Source: Diadema antillarum | Lineage: Eukaryota | NCBI RefSeq assembly: GCF_040938485.1 | Contig: NW_027271236.1 | Span: 62,001 to 126,000, forward strand | Direction of reading: 5' to 3' | Length of the DNA: 64,000 nucleotides | Shown: positions 26,193 through 39,880 of the stretch, one piece after another | How the letters are laid out: every line of letters begins with the position of its first letter | Numbering within the stretch: position 1 is the first letter of the stretch | Program-made: the position numbers and the translations under genes | The notes under the pieces: generated by a model | What the model was told of the DNA's origin: nothing | The model's database searches: none | The model's input: the letters and a program-made list of their open reading frames with translations, nothing else

Positions 26193-28279
26193 GTGAGTGG
26201 AGGAGGGGAGGGAATATATTCAAACAGTGGAATACTAGTATTCACTCTTTGGAATTCTGATGGAATCTTGATTTATTAATTTGTGTATTTTTGATAAATT
26301 ATTACTTTTTCATAGTGTTGCAGGACCCCCAAGAATAGTAGTTAGTATACCACTGATAGGCTAAATAAATGAATTAAATATATTGAACCAAAGAGGGGGT
26401 TTACACTTTGAACGACAGAATGCATTGTGGAATTACATATGTGAAACACATTTCTAAATGTGTATAGAGTTATGGAGTGTTCACACACTGAAATCAATTC
26501 TCTTCTTCTGACTGCTAACTGCACATGACATTACACTTTCCATTGTACAGGACCTACAGTAGGAGTAAAACACCATTCATTTGCTGATCTTGTAATCTAG
26601 TCAGAATAATTATGTTGAAATAAATAGATATAATAGCTGCCTCACAAACTTTAATCTGTAAATCAAAATATGCAATGAAGAATACACTTACACTTGGCAG
26701 TAGTATACTATGTGAATGTACCATGGAGAAAGTAATAATGCAGTCATGTCAAACTCCACCCCTTAGTCACCTTACAGAGGTCAAACCATTCAGAGTATAA
26801 ACCTGCCACCCGTGATTACGTACAAATTGATGGAAAAGACCTCTGTAGAGACCATGTTTTGGAAAAATGTGATGAAACTTTGCTTTCAGACCCATTAAAG
26901 TTATATTGATAGCATACACATTTGGGCACACGTTTCTGTATATGTTTTTAAACCAACAAGTTCTTAAATACGTGTGAGAGCCTTGAACAAAGAAATTGAA
27001 ATGCAGAATAGGGAAAGCAAGCTGGAAAGAAGATGGATGGGCAGAAATGAAAAGAAATTCAAATGGAGAGAGATGAAGAGATTCAGTGGAAATGCTCAGA
27101 AAAACATTCACACCTGAAAAAAAGATATACTCAGTTGATGGATCTGTAGAAAGATAGGAGACAGTATGTAAAACGTCGAAGCCTTCAGATGCAAGCTGTT
27201 CCAAGAATGTGCACCTGGCATAGAACGCTTGCAACCTTGGTTGCTGAATAGGTGCATTAGGCAATGTAGAGAAATGTATGGTGATCTGTAGACCCACATT
27301 GGCAAGGGCATAGGACTCGGCAGGGATCCACACAAGCGACCTTGTATTACAAAATCAGCAGTAGGTGGCATGGCGAACCTTCCTTTAGGTCACATTTGGA
27401 AAGAAGAAACAGCCAGCTTTGACGTTATGCATACACTTCGTAACTCGTCAAAATGGGAACATTCCTAACCCACTGAAATAAATGAAAAAAAAAATTGTAG
27501 GAATTTACTTCTGTGAAAACGTGTTGTAAACTGAGTGGTTCATTGCTGACTCAGTTAGGCTTCATGTTTTGTCCACACAAAAGGGGATTTAGAAATCCAT
27601 TATGGATTTAGAAATCCATAGCAACCACTATGAAGTGTTTTTCAGATAATCCTGGTACTTGGCATATTCATTAAAGCACACTCTATTCAGGATTATTGCA
27701 AAGTGTCAGTGTTACTGATGGCTGTTTTTGAAAACTTGCAAGGATTTCACGTTTCTCGAGGGCAAAAGATGGAGAAAAGTGAGAAGAAAAATGTGTCTAA
27801 AAAGCCTGTAGAATCTTCATCCATATTCATGCTTCCAACTTGAGGGTAAGATGCAAAAAGGGATTATTTCTTCAGGAAGTATTATTATGGGACATCAACA
27901 TTGTTCACCGACTGTAAAACATGCTATTAGATGTGACCTTTCAGAAATTTGTAGGTAGTGTTGGTATGGTCTCAAATGCAGATTGCGTAATTGTATGAGT
28001 AAGGTCTGTGGTGTCTTGTTGCAAAATAGGTAGGGTTGAAATGAGGACTGTAGGATATCTCTAATACATGTCACACATTCACAATGAAGAACTGATTAGA
28101 GATACAAAGTAGGCTTGGCAAGCATTAGTTTATTACAGGCATTGTTTGTGTCTGCGTATGTGTGTAAGAGTTTGCATTTTGTGTGTGTGTATTTCTTGAA
28201 AAGGAAGAAGTGTAGAATTAACGCGAGAAATGGAGAAAAAAACAAGAAAAATGTTTGGTCCCCGTCTGCATAGTTTAAA

Positions 28280-28364
28280 CCCATTGAGGACGGTATGATT
28301 TTGCTACAACACGCATTTCCCATAGACACCTGCCCGAGTATACTCAGGACTCTTCCTCAACAGG
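28280..28364. mobile_element. 85-bp piggyBac-like MITE, second copy
   Basis: CCCATTGAGGAC ... TTCCTCAACAGG-TTAA; same length and interior as 21420. Confidence 0.75.
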
Positions 28365-30126
28365 TTAAGTATCTGTTGCACTATTGAGAGCCACTGTACA
28401 GAGCGAGACACCTTTTGAACTCATGCGTTTTTTCCTCTCCTTGTGCCACTTCACCCATCCTTAATCATCTTCAGGCACACAGGATAGCATCTTCAGCTTT
28501 GTGACACAATGGAAAGTAATCCATACTTTATCTATTCTGACCAGACTGGGGATATCTTCCATTCATACTCACCCATCCACACCATGATATAGCCCCAGAC
28601 TGGGCCCTTTGAATGCAAGCCATTGATCTTCAGTGGTGAGGGAACAAAAGCAGGCAGGTGCTTTATACCATCCAAGCGGGCGCCTCCAACTGTAGGGGAG
28701 GGTCAAGATGCCATTGTTTGAACAAAGGAGAGGGGAAGATATGTCTTTGGTGCATCCAGCCTTGAAGAGTTAACTCATGCAGAACACCTATGGGGAGAAC
28801 TCAGTGTGATGACAGCACTGACTACGGAGACCGAATTATTCTGAGAAATGGGTGCACACATGTGCATGACATTCATTTTCATTTTACCTTGAGAAGAGGG
28901 TAGAGAGGGAGACAAAGCTGGAGTTGTCTAACAAACAAGCAGGAGGGGTGGAGGTGGGGTGGGGTAGGGAATAGAACACTGCTGTACCCTTCCAAGTCAT
29001 TCATTGATTTTCCTCAACTGATATTACCACACTAGTTACTCCATACTCCTGGACAGCGTTTCCTAAAAGTTTTCAGCCCTGACAAGTTGCCAGTTTTTGA
29101 CAATGTCAGTAAAGTTCTTGGGTTTTGATCGGCTGAGAAGTTCTGGTCACTGACTGTAATACTATGGTGATTTTCAGAGACTGGCAACTTGTCAGGGCCG
29201 ACAAATTTCATGAAATGGAGCCCTGCAAGATCCTTCTGATCCTTCACTATTCTGCATGCAGAGCAAGGCCTTCTGTTTTTGACCCCACCTTGATGTCTTG
29301 ATGAGATTGAGATATCAAATTATTCATTCTGTTTTTATAAACATCAAGTGACAATGTCACCTACTCAAAATTTTCATCTTTCAAAAATATTGCTGCTACT
29401 TACATTTGGAATATGTGAATAACTTGGGCAAAAGAGAGATAGATAGAGGCAGAGAACACTTCATTTGATGTACAAATGTCATGTCAAAAGTTTTTTCTTC
29501 AGTCAGTATCTCTGAAGTGTTTTTCTCCTGACTCCAGAAATGTTTTGAGGTTTGGTTGGTCCGCTCGGGTGACAAGGGCTTTAATCTCCCATGTAGCTGT
29601 AGTTTTGAATTATGTCCTATAAAACACCAGTTGCAGCTTGCATGTGTGCCATCTTGTGGGAGTTACAAGCCTGTAGTGAGTGATTGATTCATCGTTTCCT
29701 GTCATATGACCTTTGACCCCCAATTTATGGTAATACACATCGCTGTAGGAACAACAAGAACAAAAATCTTGAAAACAGAATTTCACAAATAAAAGATAGA
29801 AGAAAAAACTCAGAGAACAACTTCATTTTATTTTCTATTACTAAAGTACATGCCTCTATCACAAGATTAATTCTACCTGGTACCATATTTTGCTTGAAAT
29901 GATCAGTGTATCACCTGCAATGAGTTTGCAGTCATTCCCAGAGTAGATCAGCAAGATGATGCTACCCTTGACCTGTAGTACTAATCCTTCCCGTGTGGAT
30001 GAACGGACAATGATACACCTCCATGTGAGCCTTGTCCATGGTGCATTAGGGGCCCGTAAACGCCAAGTGATAATTGGCAAAGTCTGATTGTCATCGTGAC
30101 CTTATGCCATGTCATCCTTTGCCTTT

Positions 30127-30140
30127 GTCTCCATAGCAAC
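30127..30140 (+). promoter_or_regulatory. RFX X-box GTCTCCATAGCAAC overlapping a splice acceptor
   Basis: Full match to the GTHNYYATRRNAAC consensus. Confidence 0.5.
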
Positions 30141-30261
30141 CTGGTGAGTCCTACAAACTCCGCTCCTCCATCAGCTCCTCGCAGACGATGACGCAGGGCG
30201 ACAAGCTGCGGCAGCTCAAGGTTTCAAGGAAGGCGAGGTCGGCGACCACAGGAAGTCTCAA
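30137..30261 (+). CDS. CDC14: CDC14 exon QPGESYKLRSSISSSQTMTQGDKLRQLKVSRKARSATTGSL(K)
   Basis: ccatag acceptor and GTAAGA donor; 125 nt, phase 0 to 2. Carries the conserved TQGDKLRxLK motif. Confidence 0.93.
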
Positions 30262-31159
30262 GTAAGAGAGAAGAAGAGATATAAACCAGACCTTGTGTTA
30301 TGCTTCTTCCTCAAAGTAAATGCAAACTTATTCTGTCTCAGTCATCATATCTCTTTTTAAAAGCACAATCTTCATCACACGTTTTGTATTTTCCTTTCAT
30401 GTCCAGTTTCGTGATATTGCCATGTTGAAGTGTGGCATATCTTTCCTTTCTTGTAAAGTGTGATTTTATGTAATTTTATGTTGTATATATATATTCAACA
30501 CATGTACAATATTGCAGTTGAAAACAAAAAACATAGTCAATTTCATGACAAGTGAAATGTAGTGGTTCCTGATAACCCCATCCCAACACTTAGTGATATG
30601 AATGCACTCACAAAGAAACCAAAGTCTGTTTATTAAGGCTTGACCAATAAATATTGATACCCTGAAATTGATTTTTGCAAGTGACATTATACTATGATTT
30701 ATACTGTGTCCAATATCCAAAGCTGATGCTACAATTAGCTCATTTTATAGCTCAGTGTTCCATTAGATGTCTTTGTGATATTCTCATGGCATATTCATTG
30801 CAGCATTACCTGCAGTTTTCATTCATACAACCTTTTGAGTGTTTTGAGCTCTGATTGGCATGGAAAAAATGTAACAACATAGCTTTGTACACTTTGTCTA
30901 AGGTCCCTGACACAGAAAGGGTTAATTGATTGGGAGACTCTGTTCAGTCTGGCATATGTACAAATGTTTTTTCTTTTTAACCATCCTGGTTTATCCCACT
31001 CCTTTCTCTCAACCTCTTCTATTCTCTTCTCCTTTTCTCATCTGTTGCTGTTTCCTCCTGTTACCCCTAGGCCTGGGAAAATAATATTTGTGGGCCTGGG
31101 AATAATTGGGAAGAGGTTACATCTCGGCAGGTAAAACTCTGGGCTGCATTACACTCTTT

Positions 31160-31438
31160 GGCCTGAATTCGTGAAGGTGGTACAATTTTGTCCATGGTTT
31201 ATACCATGAACAAAGACCGTTGGGCGCCAAGGGTCACATGGGATATTTTGTTATGAAATCAATCATTTCGTTGATGAAATGACCATTTCGTTAACGACAT
31301 TATCATTTCATTACAAAATTCGTCGGTGAAATTACTGATTTCGTAACAAAATATTCCATGCGATGCTTGGCACTGCATGGTCTTTGTCCATGGTTTTAAC
31401 CATGGACAAGATTGTACCACCTTCATGAAATTCGGGCC
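31160..31438. mobile_element. Palindromic Harbinger-like MITE (279 bp)
   Basis: GGCCTGAATTCGTGAAGGTGGTACAAT ... ATTGTACCACCTTCATGAAATTCGGGCC. Confidence 0.8.
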
Positions 31439-32802
31439 TCTGTGTACCAAATTATAGTAATAGAAATGATGATGAGAATAGAAATAACAGTGATAATAGA
31501 AATAGTGACAGTGATGAAAGTGACAATTTTCCTGCACTTTGCACAACAGAAAAATATTTCAGCATGCAAATATTTTTGCTTGATATATATTTGTACTATA
31601 TGTACTATCTTATACTTTGATTCCACAGAATTAAAAACACACCTGTCTTTATCTTACCTGACACAGAGCGAAAAATTCTCACACTAAAATGTCTGTGTTT
31701 ACAGTATGGCGATAATGATAATGAGAACGGTAGGAATAATGAAAATGATGATGGTAGTAGTAATGATAATGGTAATTATACAATTTGTTACTATGACCAT
31801 GAATATAATGACAGTGATATTAGTGATAGTGCACATGTTTTGCGGAGTGCATATTCCCATGAGTACCCCAACATGCTCAGACACCTCAGAAGAACTGTTA
31901 TAGAGAAAAGAATAAGAGAGAGAAATGAAATACGGCAACATGACAGCATGGATTGGAACTAAAAATCAAAGGGTAACTGTTTGTTATATTATAGAATCTT
32001 TTGGCGATGAGAAATTAATACTGACTTGCTCCCACAATTTATAATCGCATTTGTGATCGTGATATGCAGAAATTTGTATTGTTCACGTAAGGATACAGTG
32101 GCATTTGATGCTACAAACATGAGTAGCATGCTTCAGTGTTCTAGATGTTGGGAGTATACGCATTCCCCTCAGTGGTTTAGTTCGTTCGATTTCAGACCAG
32201 TGGTACTGAAAAACAATTTACGCAATACTTAAATATCATGCATAATATGCTCACAAGAACAGAGAGGCTGTAGGTCTTTTGAAGTAGTACTGATCTTTGT
32301 GGTTAATGGAAATGTGAGGTCAGATATGTAGTCACCAAAATATAGATAATCTTGAATAGACGTCTTTCTGCACTTTTTGGCTCATATCTTGTGAATAGTG
32401 TCTTAGATTTTGTTTTGAAAGGTTAGGCAAGATTTTAAAATGCTTTTTTAAATGTGATTGCCATTCAGTATGACAGGACTTAGTGTTGTGATGTCAGAAT
32501 AATTCTGAGAACAGCCCAAAAGAGATTCCTTTTTTGTCTGTTAAGTCAAGATAAATTAATGTACTTCTTCACTTTTATCTGTGTCTGAGCTTGTGTGTGC
32601 CCCCAAATCTCATTGATAAATACCTTCAAGTCCATTCATTATCTCTCAATACCATGTGAAGCCCAGTCTTTTACTCGCATTACCGTATTAAGTACTCTGA
32701 TTGAGTCTGCCATGGCTTAAGCTTCCTCCAGTGGCAGTATCCCATCATAACTGAATACTACAAGCCTCTCAATTGTTTCATCCATGTTGTTTTTTTCCCC
32801 AG

Positions 32803-32850
32803 GATGGAGGACGGTAAAATCCACACAAGGTCAACCACGCAGCCCATCAG
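32803..32850 (+). CDS. CDC14: CDC14 48-nt exon (K)MEDGKIHTRSTTQPI(R)
   Basis: ttttttccccag acceptor and GTTAGT donor; phase 2 to 2. Resembles the 48-nt human CDC14A exon SDDTKGHPRAVSQPFR (recalled). Confidence 0.88.
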
Positions 32851-33469
32851 GTTAGTATTGATTTGTTGGTCAGTAGTCGAGCCTACGTGGTGTAAAGTGT
32901 CTGGTGGAATACAGTGAATCTTTGTTGTTGGGTGTGCTTATGATTGGCTGTCTGCCCTGAATGTGCAGAATTCAATTTTAGTTGACACCAGTCATTTACT
33001 GCACCATGCAGTGTTTGGCACTTAATGACCATGCATTTTTTTGATTAAGTGCTGTCCACTAATCACAGAAAAAAAAAAAAATTATTTGAGAATACAAAAT
33101 ACTGATAATTTTCAGAGGTATTGATAGAACATGTGTCATTATGCATCCATCAAAAAAGAAGATGACGGAGAACATAAAAGCCTTTCAGTCATGGGACCTA
33201 TAAAATTGTGGCTGCACTTTCATTGCTTAATAACAATTTTAAAAATGAGTTGAGCACATGACAGTTTTGATAGTGCTGTGCACCTGGGGAAAAGGGACAA
33301 CTTATTATTATCATTATTATTTTTTGTTTGCTTTGTGTGTATTGCTCATTATTCACCAAATGTTCTTTCTTTCTGTGAGGAAGATACTCCAGGAATAACA
33401 CTGCAGGCCACAAGATATGAATAATTCTCACAATATTCCTTTGTGTAAACTGATTCGTGTGTTGCACAT

Positions 33470-33517
33470 GTTTCTAATTCGGTTTGATGGCCAGTTTCTA
33501 ATTCGATTTGATGGCCA
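33470..33517 (+). repeat. Tandem duplication, 2 x 24 bp
   Basis: gtttctaattcg(g/a)tttgatggcca occurs twice. Confidence 0.9.
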
Positions 33518-36155
33518 GTTGTTAATGGGCTATTGGGAATTTGACGTTTTATAATAGCATCCAATTTTATTTTTGATGCTTTTAGTTTCTATAAAGGTCA
33601 TTACCTATGTCTAATAGCAGTTATTACTCTCTTATTACTTTACATCAAATCTTCAATTCAAATCCATTACAATTGCTGACATTGATACTTTTCTTTTTGT
33701 GTACTCACATCTCTTGCAACGCTCACTCTGTTATATTTATGCCCTATGGCAGCACAAAGTATTCAGAGAACTCATAAATTGAATTTTGTGAAATCATGCT
33801 TTGATTTGCTGTTGTTATTTTTTTCTACTTTGAACAAAATATTTGATTTTGATAACAGTCCTCAAGTTCTGCGCACTTTTCTGAGGTATTGTATTTTGCA
33901 TCTCAAGTGTTTGGAAATAATTTTTCTCGTTTGCATCTTACTGACCCTCACTCTCTTAACTCACCACACTCCCTGAAAATTGATCAGCAAGTGTTGATTG
34001 GTAATTATAGTCTTGATGTAGTAGAGTGATAAACTGCAGCCAGCCTCACTGACAAAATGCTGAATAAAAGTTAGATCAAACTTGCTAACAGGCCAAACTG
34101 CCATATGTGAGAAATTTTGTCTATGCTCAACTTACAGTTATAACATTTTCCTGTCAGTGAAGAGGAACTGTGTAAAAGTGTGGAATTCCATTTGTAATTT
34201 AAGCAGAGTTTTGAATAGAATTACCCTCAAGAGTAGATTGTCAGCATAATAGTGGTAGTAGATGTCAAGTAATGGAGACCATTCCATGAGAGGCACAGTG
34301 GAGATTCCTTTAATAACCTTTAATGATGTCGTTTAAGAGATAGTTATATGTCAGTACCATCTACTAAAGACTTAACAACCACTTATAAGCACAGTGGTAA
34401 TGGGTGTGCTAGGTTAACATGATACGTCTCTATCAGCTCAGCACCCGTTCTGTTTACTTCCCAGCTCAGTGTGTCATTAGACTTTATTCTGCGTAGGACA
34501 GGGTTACGGATGAAATGAAAGGGACCTAAAATCTCAAATGAGTTCTTGTTCGACTCTTCCTGGAAAAATATCCCAATTTTATTTCAGACATAATGTCAGA
34601 CATAATGTCATACAGGAGTGCTAACACACACATTTATGAAGACATGTTTGCCTAGAACAGAAATGATTACTCAATATGCCGTTGTACAAAGAAAGAGCCC
34701 CTTACACACACACACACCAATACAAAACAAAACAAAGCAATGCAATAATGGAAGAAAGTGAGGAGATTTAGAGAAGCCTGCATCTCTACTAAAACTACAT
34801 TGTATATCTTATAAAGCTTGGGAAGGATTTATCACTAAAAGTAGAAATTATCTTGCTTGTATATTTCTTTTGAAAAGGAGCGATAGTGATGGTTACGTGA
34901 CCAGAGTCAAATTATAGCACGTAAAAAGAAAAAATGGATATTCTGATAATGCACTAATTTTGTCATTGAACAGAATGTACATATTTTTGTTTAGCTTCCT
35001 TTATTTATATGTAAAGATATTGATATATGTGGTGTATAATCTATATATCTATCAAATTCTTGCATGATGTAATATGGGATCCTGGGAGTTGACTGTAAGA
35101 ATCTCATCCCTTCAGATTTACGCTTAGTTGGATCTGAGTTTGGGCATCTGTGTTTCCTAACAGAGAGTTAAGAAAGACAAGAGTAAATGAACGGGAGAAT
35201 GTTATGTTTGAATAGTCTTGTTATTGATTATTAAGAGTAGCATGCAAGTGTGTGCTTAGTGTTTACAATATAAATGCATTTTGTATACTATTAACACGTA
35301 TACTCTCTTTCTTGCATTTAATAGAGATTTTAATGGAGAGAATGATTGTTTCTGTACACTTGAAGAAATAATGTCTTCTACTTTCACTACTCAAAAGTGA
35401 CCATAAAATTCCAAGCATGCCTTTGACGTATTTGAGATCTGTCATTAGTCACCCATAGGTTACTTGTAATCCCCCTTTGTTGGAATGCAAGTGTGTGATG
35501 TGTATAAAATTGTACAATGTCCAGTCCTAATATAACTAATGATGAACTTTACTCTGGGTTTGGAATTAATGTAGTCTAGCGCTAATCAGTGTACCAGAAC
35601 TTACAATAGACAGTTTCCCTTTTGACAATATTGCATTTGCTTTCATGGCAAAAGGCAGACACAGTAGGTAAGTTATTGCTAGCCATTTTTAAATCCACAG
35701 ACATGTTTCCATGTCACATAGTGTTCTGCTTCCAGTGAACTATGTTTCTGACATCCCAACACACTAGCAGTATGTGTAGTAAATATCAGTATGGCTCTAT
35801 TTGCTCATTATGAACAAGAAACATGAACAAGAAATGGTACAATGCGTGGATTTGAGTTAGAACTTAATTCTTGTTACCTACTTTCATGACCTTTACCTCA
35901 ATTGGTGTTTGTCAACAGGAATTATCAAGTACTATTTTGTCTGGAAATGGTTTTGCAAATGGCGTAACATGAATATTTTTGTCTTACCCCCTCCCCCATT
36001 TCTCAACCATGCCTTTCACTATTTTATAATCCCCAAACATACCTTAAAACCTTTGTCCCCTTGTTGATTTCATATACCTTCCAACATACACCACACACCC
36101 CTCATTGTATCATCTTTACATCACTTATACCCCTGCTTCCCTTCTGAACGATGAT

Positions 36156-36169
36156 GTCGCCATGGCAAC
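36156..36169 (+). promoter_or_regulatory. RFX X-box GTCGCCATGGCAAC
   Basis: One base from the canonical GTTGCCATGGCAAC palindrome. Confidence 0.55.
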
Positions 36170-36647
36170 AGGAGCAAAGCAAGTAGTAAAAAGTAAGAAT
36201 GAATGTTTGGATTGTCACGTCTAGATTCTGCTGTGGTATGTCACAAAGGGCAAAAATGGTTGGTTGCTGTGCAAGTTGTAAAAGTTTGCTGCTTCATATT
36301 AATACAGCATCTTGCTTGGTGAGCCTTCATTGTTTGTTTAAATTCTGTTGTTTGTGTATGCATTTCATTGCTGGTTTGCATTTATCTTCGCTCTACACAT
36401 TATTGGCAGTTTTAAGATTTAGGAGAGCAAAATTGTATATTGCCACCAGAAAAACAGTATTGTCACAATTTCTGTACCATTAACCCTAAAATGGCTGGGG
36501 GGGGGGGGGGGGATGGGATCTGCCTTCCCCTGATTTAGCATAGCCAAAAAGGCCCGGCCTGATTGGGGATAACATATACAAAACCTACTGGTTGTTAGAC
36601 TGGTCTTCTTAATGAATCCTCTATCATGTTTATCTATCTATAGTTAC

Positions 36648-37357
36648 GTTCAGACGACAAGCCTTAAAGGGGAAGGCTAGTAACTGATCAGTGGGAATCA
36701 GTGGAAATGCTGGGAGATGATTGTTCCAATCCTTATGGGATTCATTCAAGAGTTCATTGTATATCTCTTGTTGTGTGAAAATGATTTGCTTCAGAACGGT
36801 CTCATATTCAAGTAATGTGCAGATTAATGCTCCGTCACTGACCAGGGACGCTAACCTGGAAGCATTAAACTGCACATTACTTGAATATGAGACCATTCTG
36901 AAGCAAATCATTTTCACACAACAATAGATATACAATGAACTCTTGAATGAATCCCATAAGGATTGGAACAATCAACTCCCAGCATTTCCACTGATTCCCA
37001 CTGATCAGTTACTAGCCTTCCCCTTTAACCTCGAGGGTAGGAAACCTTGAGGTTAGCGCTTGTAGTTAGGGGCCGTGAAGATGCACTCGTAGTTAGCTAA
37101 CCTCGAGGTTTGCTCGATGTTAAGAGCCACAAGAAATCTTATGATTATCGCTCTAACCATGAGCCGCGGGGGGTCCCCACTCGTAGTTAAGCACCATGTG
37201 GACACAAAAATCAACGCACTCAAAGGGGCAGGAATTTGACCTCGAGGTTTCGTAACCGCGAGGTTAAGATTCGTCGTGTGGACACACGTCGTAGTTAGGG
37301 GGCAAGAGCTTAACATTGAGGTTTCATAACCTCGAGGTTAGGATTTGTCGTCTGAAC
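36648..37357. mobile_element. Harbinger-like MITE (host of the nested element)
   Basis: GTTCAGACGACAAGCC[TTAA]CCTCGAGG on the left vs CCTCGAGGTTAGGATTTGTCGTCTGAAC on the right; repeated AACCTCGAGGTT palindromes. Confidence 0.75.
36668..37024. mobile_element. 357-bp near-perfect hairpin MITE with TTAA TSD (Kolobok-like)
   Basis: TTAA-AGGGGAAGGCTAGTAACTGATCAG ... CTGATCAGTTACTAGCCTTCCCCT-TTAA; ~164-bp arms with about 4 mismatches by eye. Confidence 0.93.
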
Positions 37358-39041
37358 ATGATTTATATTATGGGTTGTGCAGGAGCAGGAATAGAGGTCA
37401 GTTGACCAATGGATGGAGTGATTTGACCCATTTTAGGAAAAATTTGAGGTGATGCAGACAGGGAAAGGCAACATCTCCAAGGATAGTACAACATAGTTCT
37501 ATCCAGTTTATCTAATGTTCTGAAGGCCTCTAATACTCTGAGAAATTAACTATTACAGTGACAGTTAATCTTTCCTGAGGAAGAAAATTATCCACTTATC
37601 TTAGGGAAAGTGTAGGTGAGAAAAATTATGGGGGAAATTTTAGTCGTCGTTGTGGATTCTCAGGTATACATTTATTTATTCATTCTTCTTTTTTTTTTGG
37701 GGGGGGGGAGGGGGTGGAGACAATACTTATTGAATGTCATACACGATGAGTATAAACCTAATAAAGGAACACCTTAACAAGAAAGGTCCTGAGTGTTTGA
37801 TTTCAGCTTATGAAAGATTTGTAGAGGAGCTGTTTCTGTGTCTGTGTGAATTAGGAGGAAAAAATTTACATGCAGGTTATCCTTTTTGAATGTTACCACA
37901 ACAGCAAAGAAAAAATGCTGCATGCAAAAGTGCCTTAAAAGTTGCCAAAAATAACATTGCTTCTATTTTGTAATTGTGTGTTTGTGTTTGTTCACTTCTA
38001 TTAATCTTGATATAGAATTTTAAAAGAAAAAGAGAAAATGTGCTGCAAGCTCTGAGCTGGAGTGTTAGTTTATCTTGCGTGTAGCAAATTTGTGTTATAG
38101 CAATCAGAGCATGTCTGAGTCTGTATCTGAGCAAAAATCAGTTGGTTTTGTTTTGTTTTGTTTTGGTTTTTTGCACTTTATGGAAACCTAAACCTAAAGA
38201 TGGCCTCTTTCTAGAGATAACATACTGTGTCATCCCTTACCATTTCTAACAACTCCACTTACACATTGTAATGAATAATTTTTCTCATTTGTTGAGCATT
38301 GTGTCATTCTGTGCACAGATCATCATTTTTATTTGTCATAGGTAAAGTAAAGTAAACGGAGAAATGCATGCATATTTATACATATCATTATTATCAAATC
38401 ACCATTAAGATTTGACAATACTCTTAATATGTTGACCATTCTCATTCAAAGAAAGATACAATTATATATATCCATATGCATATATTTATCAATCTGTCAT
38501 CGTGGTGATAGTGTACTTGATACTGCCTAATGAAAAGAAATGCCAAAGATGTATAACTTGTATGGTAAGGACATTACATTCATTGCAGAATATTTCACCA
38601 TTAATTCCACTTCACTGATGTTTCATTGTGCCTATAGTATTGGCTGGCTAAGTGTGAAAAAGGTTTACATGTTTATATGTTAACATTTTGTAATTAACAA
38701 AAAAAAGTAATTCAGGCTACTGAAGAATTCTTGGAGGGAACAGAGAAAGTGTTTTAGGCTACGGATACGATAACTCCCTGAGCACAAGCTGTAAGCAGTT
38801 CAGATAAAATGCCACAAAGAATGTGCATCTAAGCATTGATATCAATTTGAAGAGTACATGTACCAATGAAATCGAAATGAACTGTTACAGAGAAAGAGTT
38901 TTCTGTGTACAATAAAATGGAATCTATGGTGGAATGTGTTCTAGAACATCTGTACATTTTGTAGTTTCCCCTTTGCCTTTAAAAAGAAGTAAAACAATTT
39001 TTTACAAATCATTTGTCTTCTTCTTTTCACAACTTATCCAG

Positions 39042-39167
39042 GATTTCCTCAGCCACAACCTCTGCGACCTCTCCTGCCAAATCTTCCAAGGCCATCCCGT
39101 CCACCCACGTGTCCAGTGTGCGGCGGTCAACCAGGCACTCTGCGGCTGCAAACTCAGCCCTCAAAAG
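39042..39167 (+). CDS. CDC14: CDC14 Ser/Thr-rich tail exon (R)ISSATTSATSPAKSSKAIPSTHVSSVRRSTRHSAAANSALK(S/R)
   Basis: Long pyrimidine tract plus cag acceptor, GTAAGA donor; 126 nt, phase 2 to 2, open in the expected frame. Confidence 0.87.
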
Positions 39168-39386
39168 GTAAGAAAGAAAAAAAAATATGGCATCAGCAGA
39201 TGCTTCCAGTTATGAATGTCAATCTGACAAGATATTGATGACATTATGATTACTATCTAACAAGAGGGAGGGGAGGGGTATTGAGGGAGAAAGAGAGGTG
39301 TTTTTTTTTTTGGGGGGGGTGGGGGAGTTCTACGGCTCCCCGCCATATGCTTATCCTGATTAATCTTTCTTGCATTGAGTTGTTTT

Positions 39387-39601
39387 ATTGCAACTGATTG
39401 ACAAACTGCCCTTCGTTGACGTGAATACACACCAATAATCCAGTGTGAAGAGTTATAGCCATGAAAAAAATCATGGCCATATGTACTCTAGTACATACTC
39501 GAGTATGATGTCCATGATTTTTGTCATGGCTATTGCTATGAACAGTAAATAATCGGTGCTTATCGATGTTGTAGAAGAGCAACTTGTCAATCAGTTGCAA
39601 T
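39387..39601. mobile_element. Palindromic MITE (family shared with 6473)
   Basis: ATTGCAACTGATTGACAA ... TTGTCAATCAGTTGCAAT. Confidence 0.8.
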
Positions 39602-39880
39602 GTCAAAGTTAGCAAGTGGTAACAAAGAAATGAAAAGAAAAGTATGGAGATGAAGTCTTGAAATCCGACTCTTAGTGGATAAAAGGGGGAAAAAAGACAA
39701 ACAAATTTGTATTAATGCAGACACTAGTCGAACACAGCTTGGGGGCATGGTGCACAATATCACCAAACACCAGGTTCATTCACACACTGTGCTGCAAACC
39801 CTAAACACACATGCACACCCAATCCAGCACTCATTCCAAGCCTTTAAGCTTTCCAGCGCTTTCCCACCGTAGCACTTCAG

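Noticed and set aside
26767-27333. Longest ORF in the track (188 aa, minus strand)
   Set aside because: Intronic antisense, no recognisable domain, and composition driven by purine-rich plus-strand sequence.
31259-31941. Cluster of His/Tyr- and Ile/Met-rich ORFs
   Set aside because: Translations of degenerate ATG/AAT trinucleotide low-complexity DNA and a MITE.
36630-36971. Nearly identical ORFs on both strands (MFQSLWDSFK...)
   Set aside because: Mirror artefact of the palindromic MITE.
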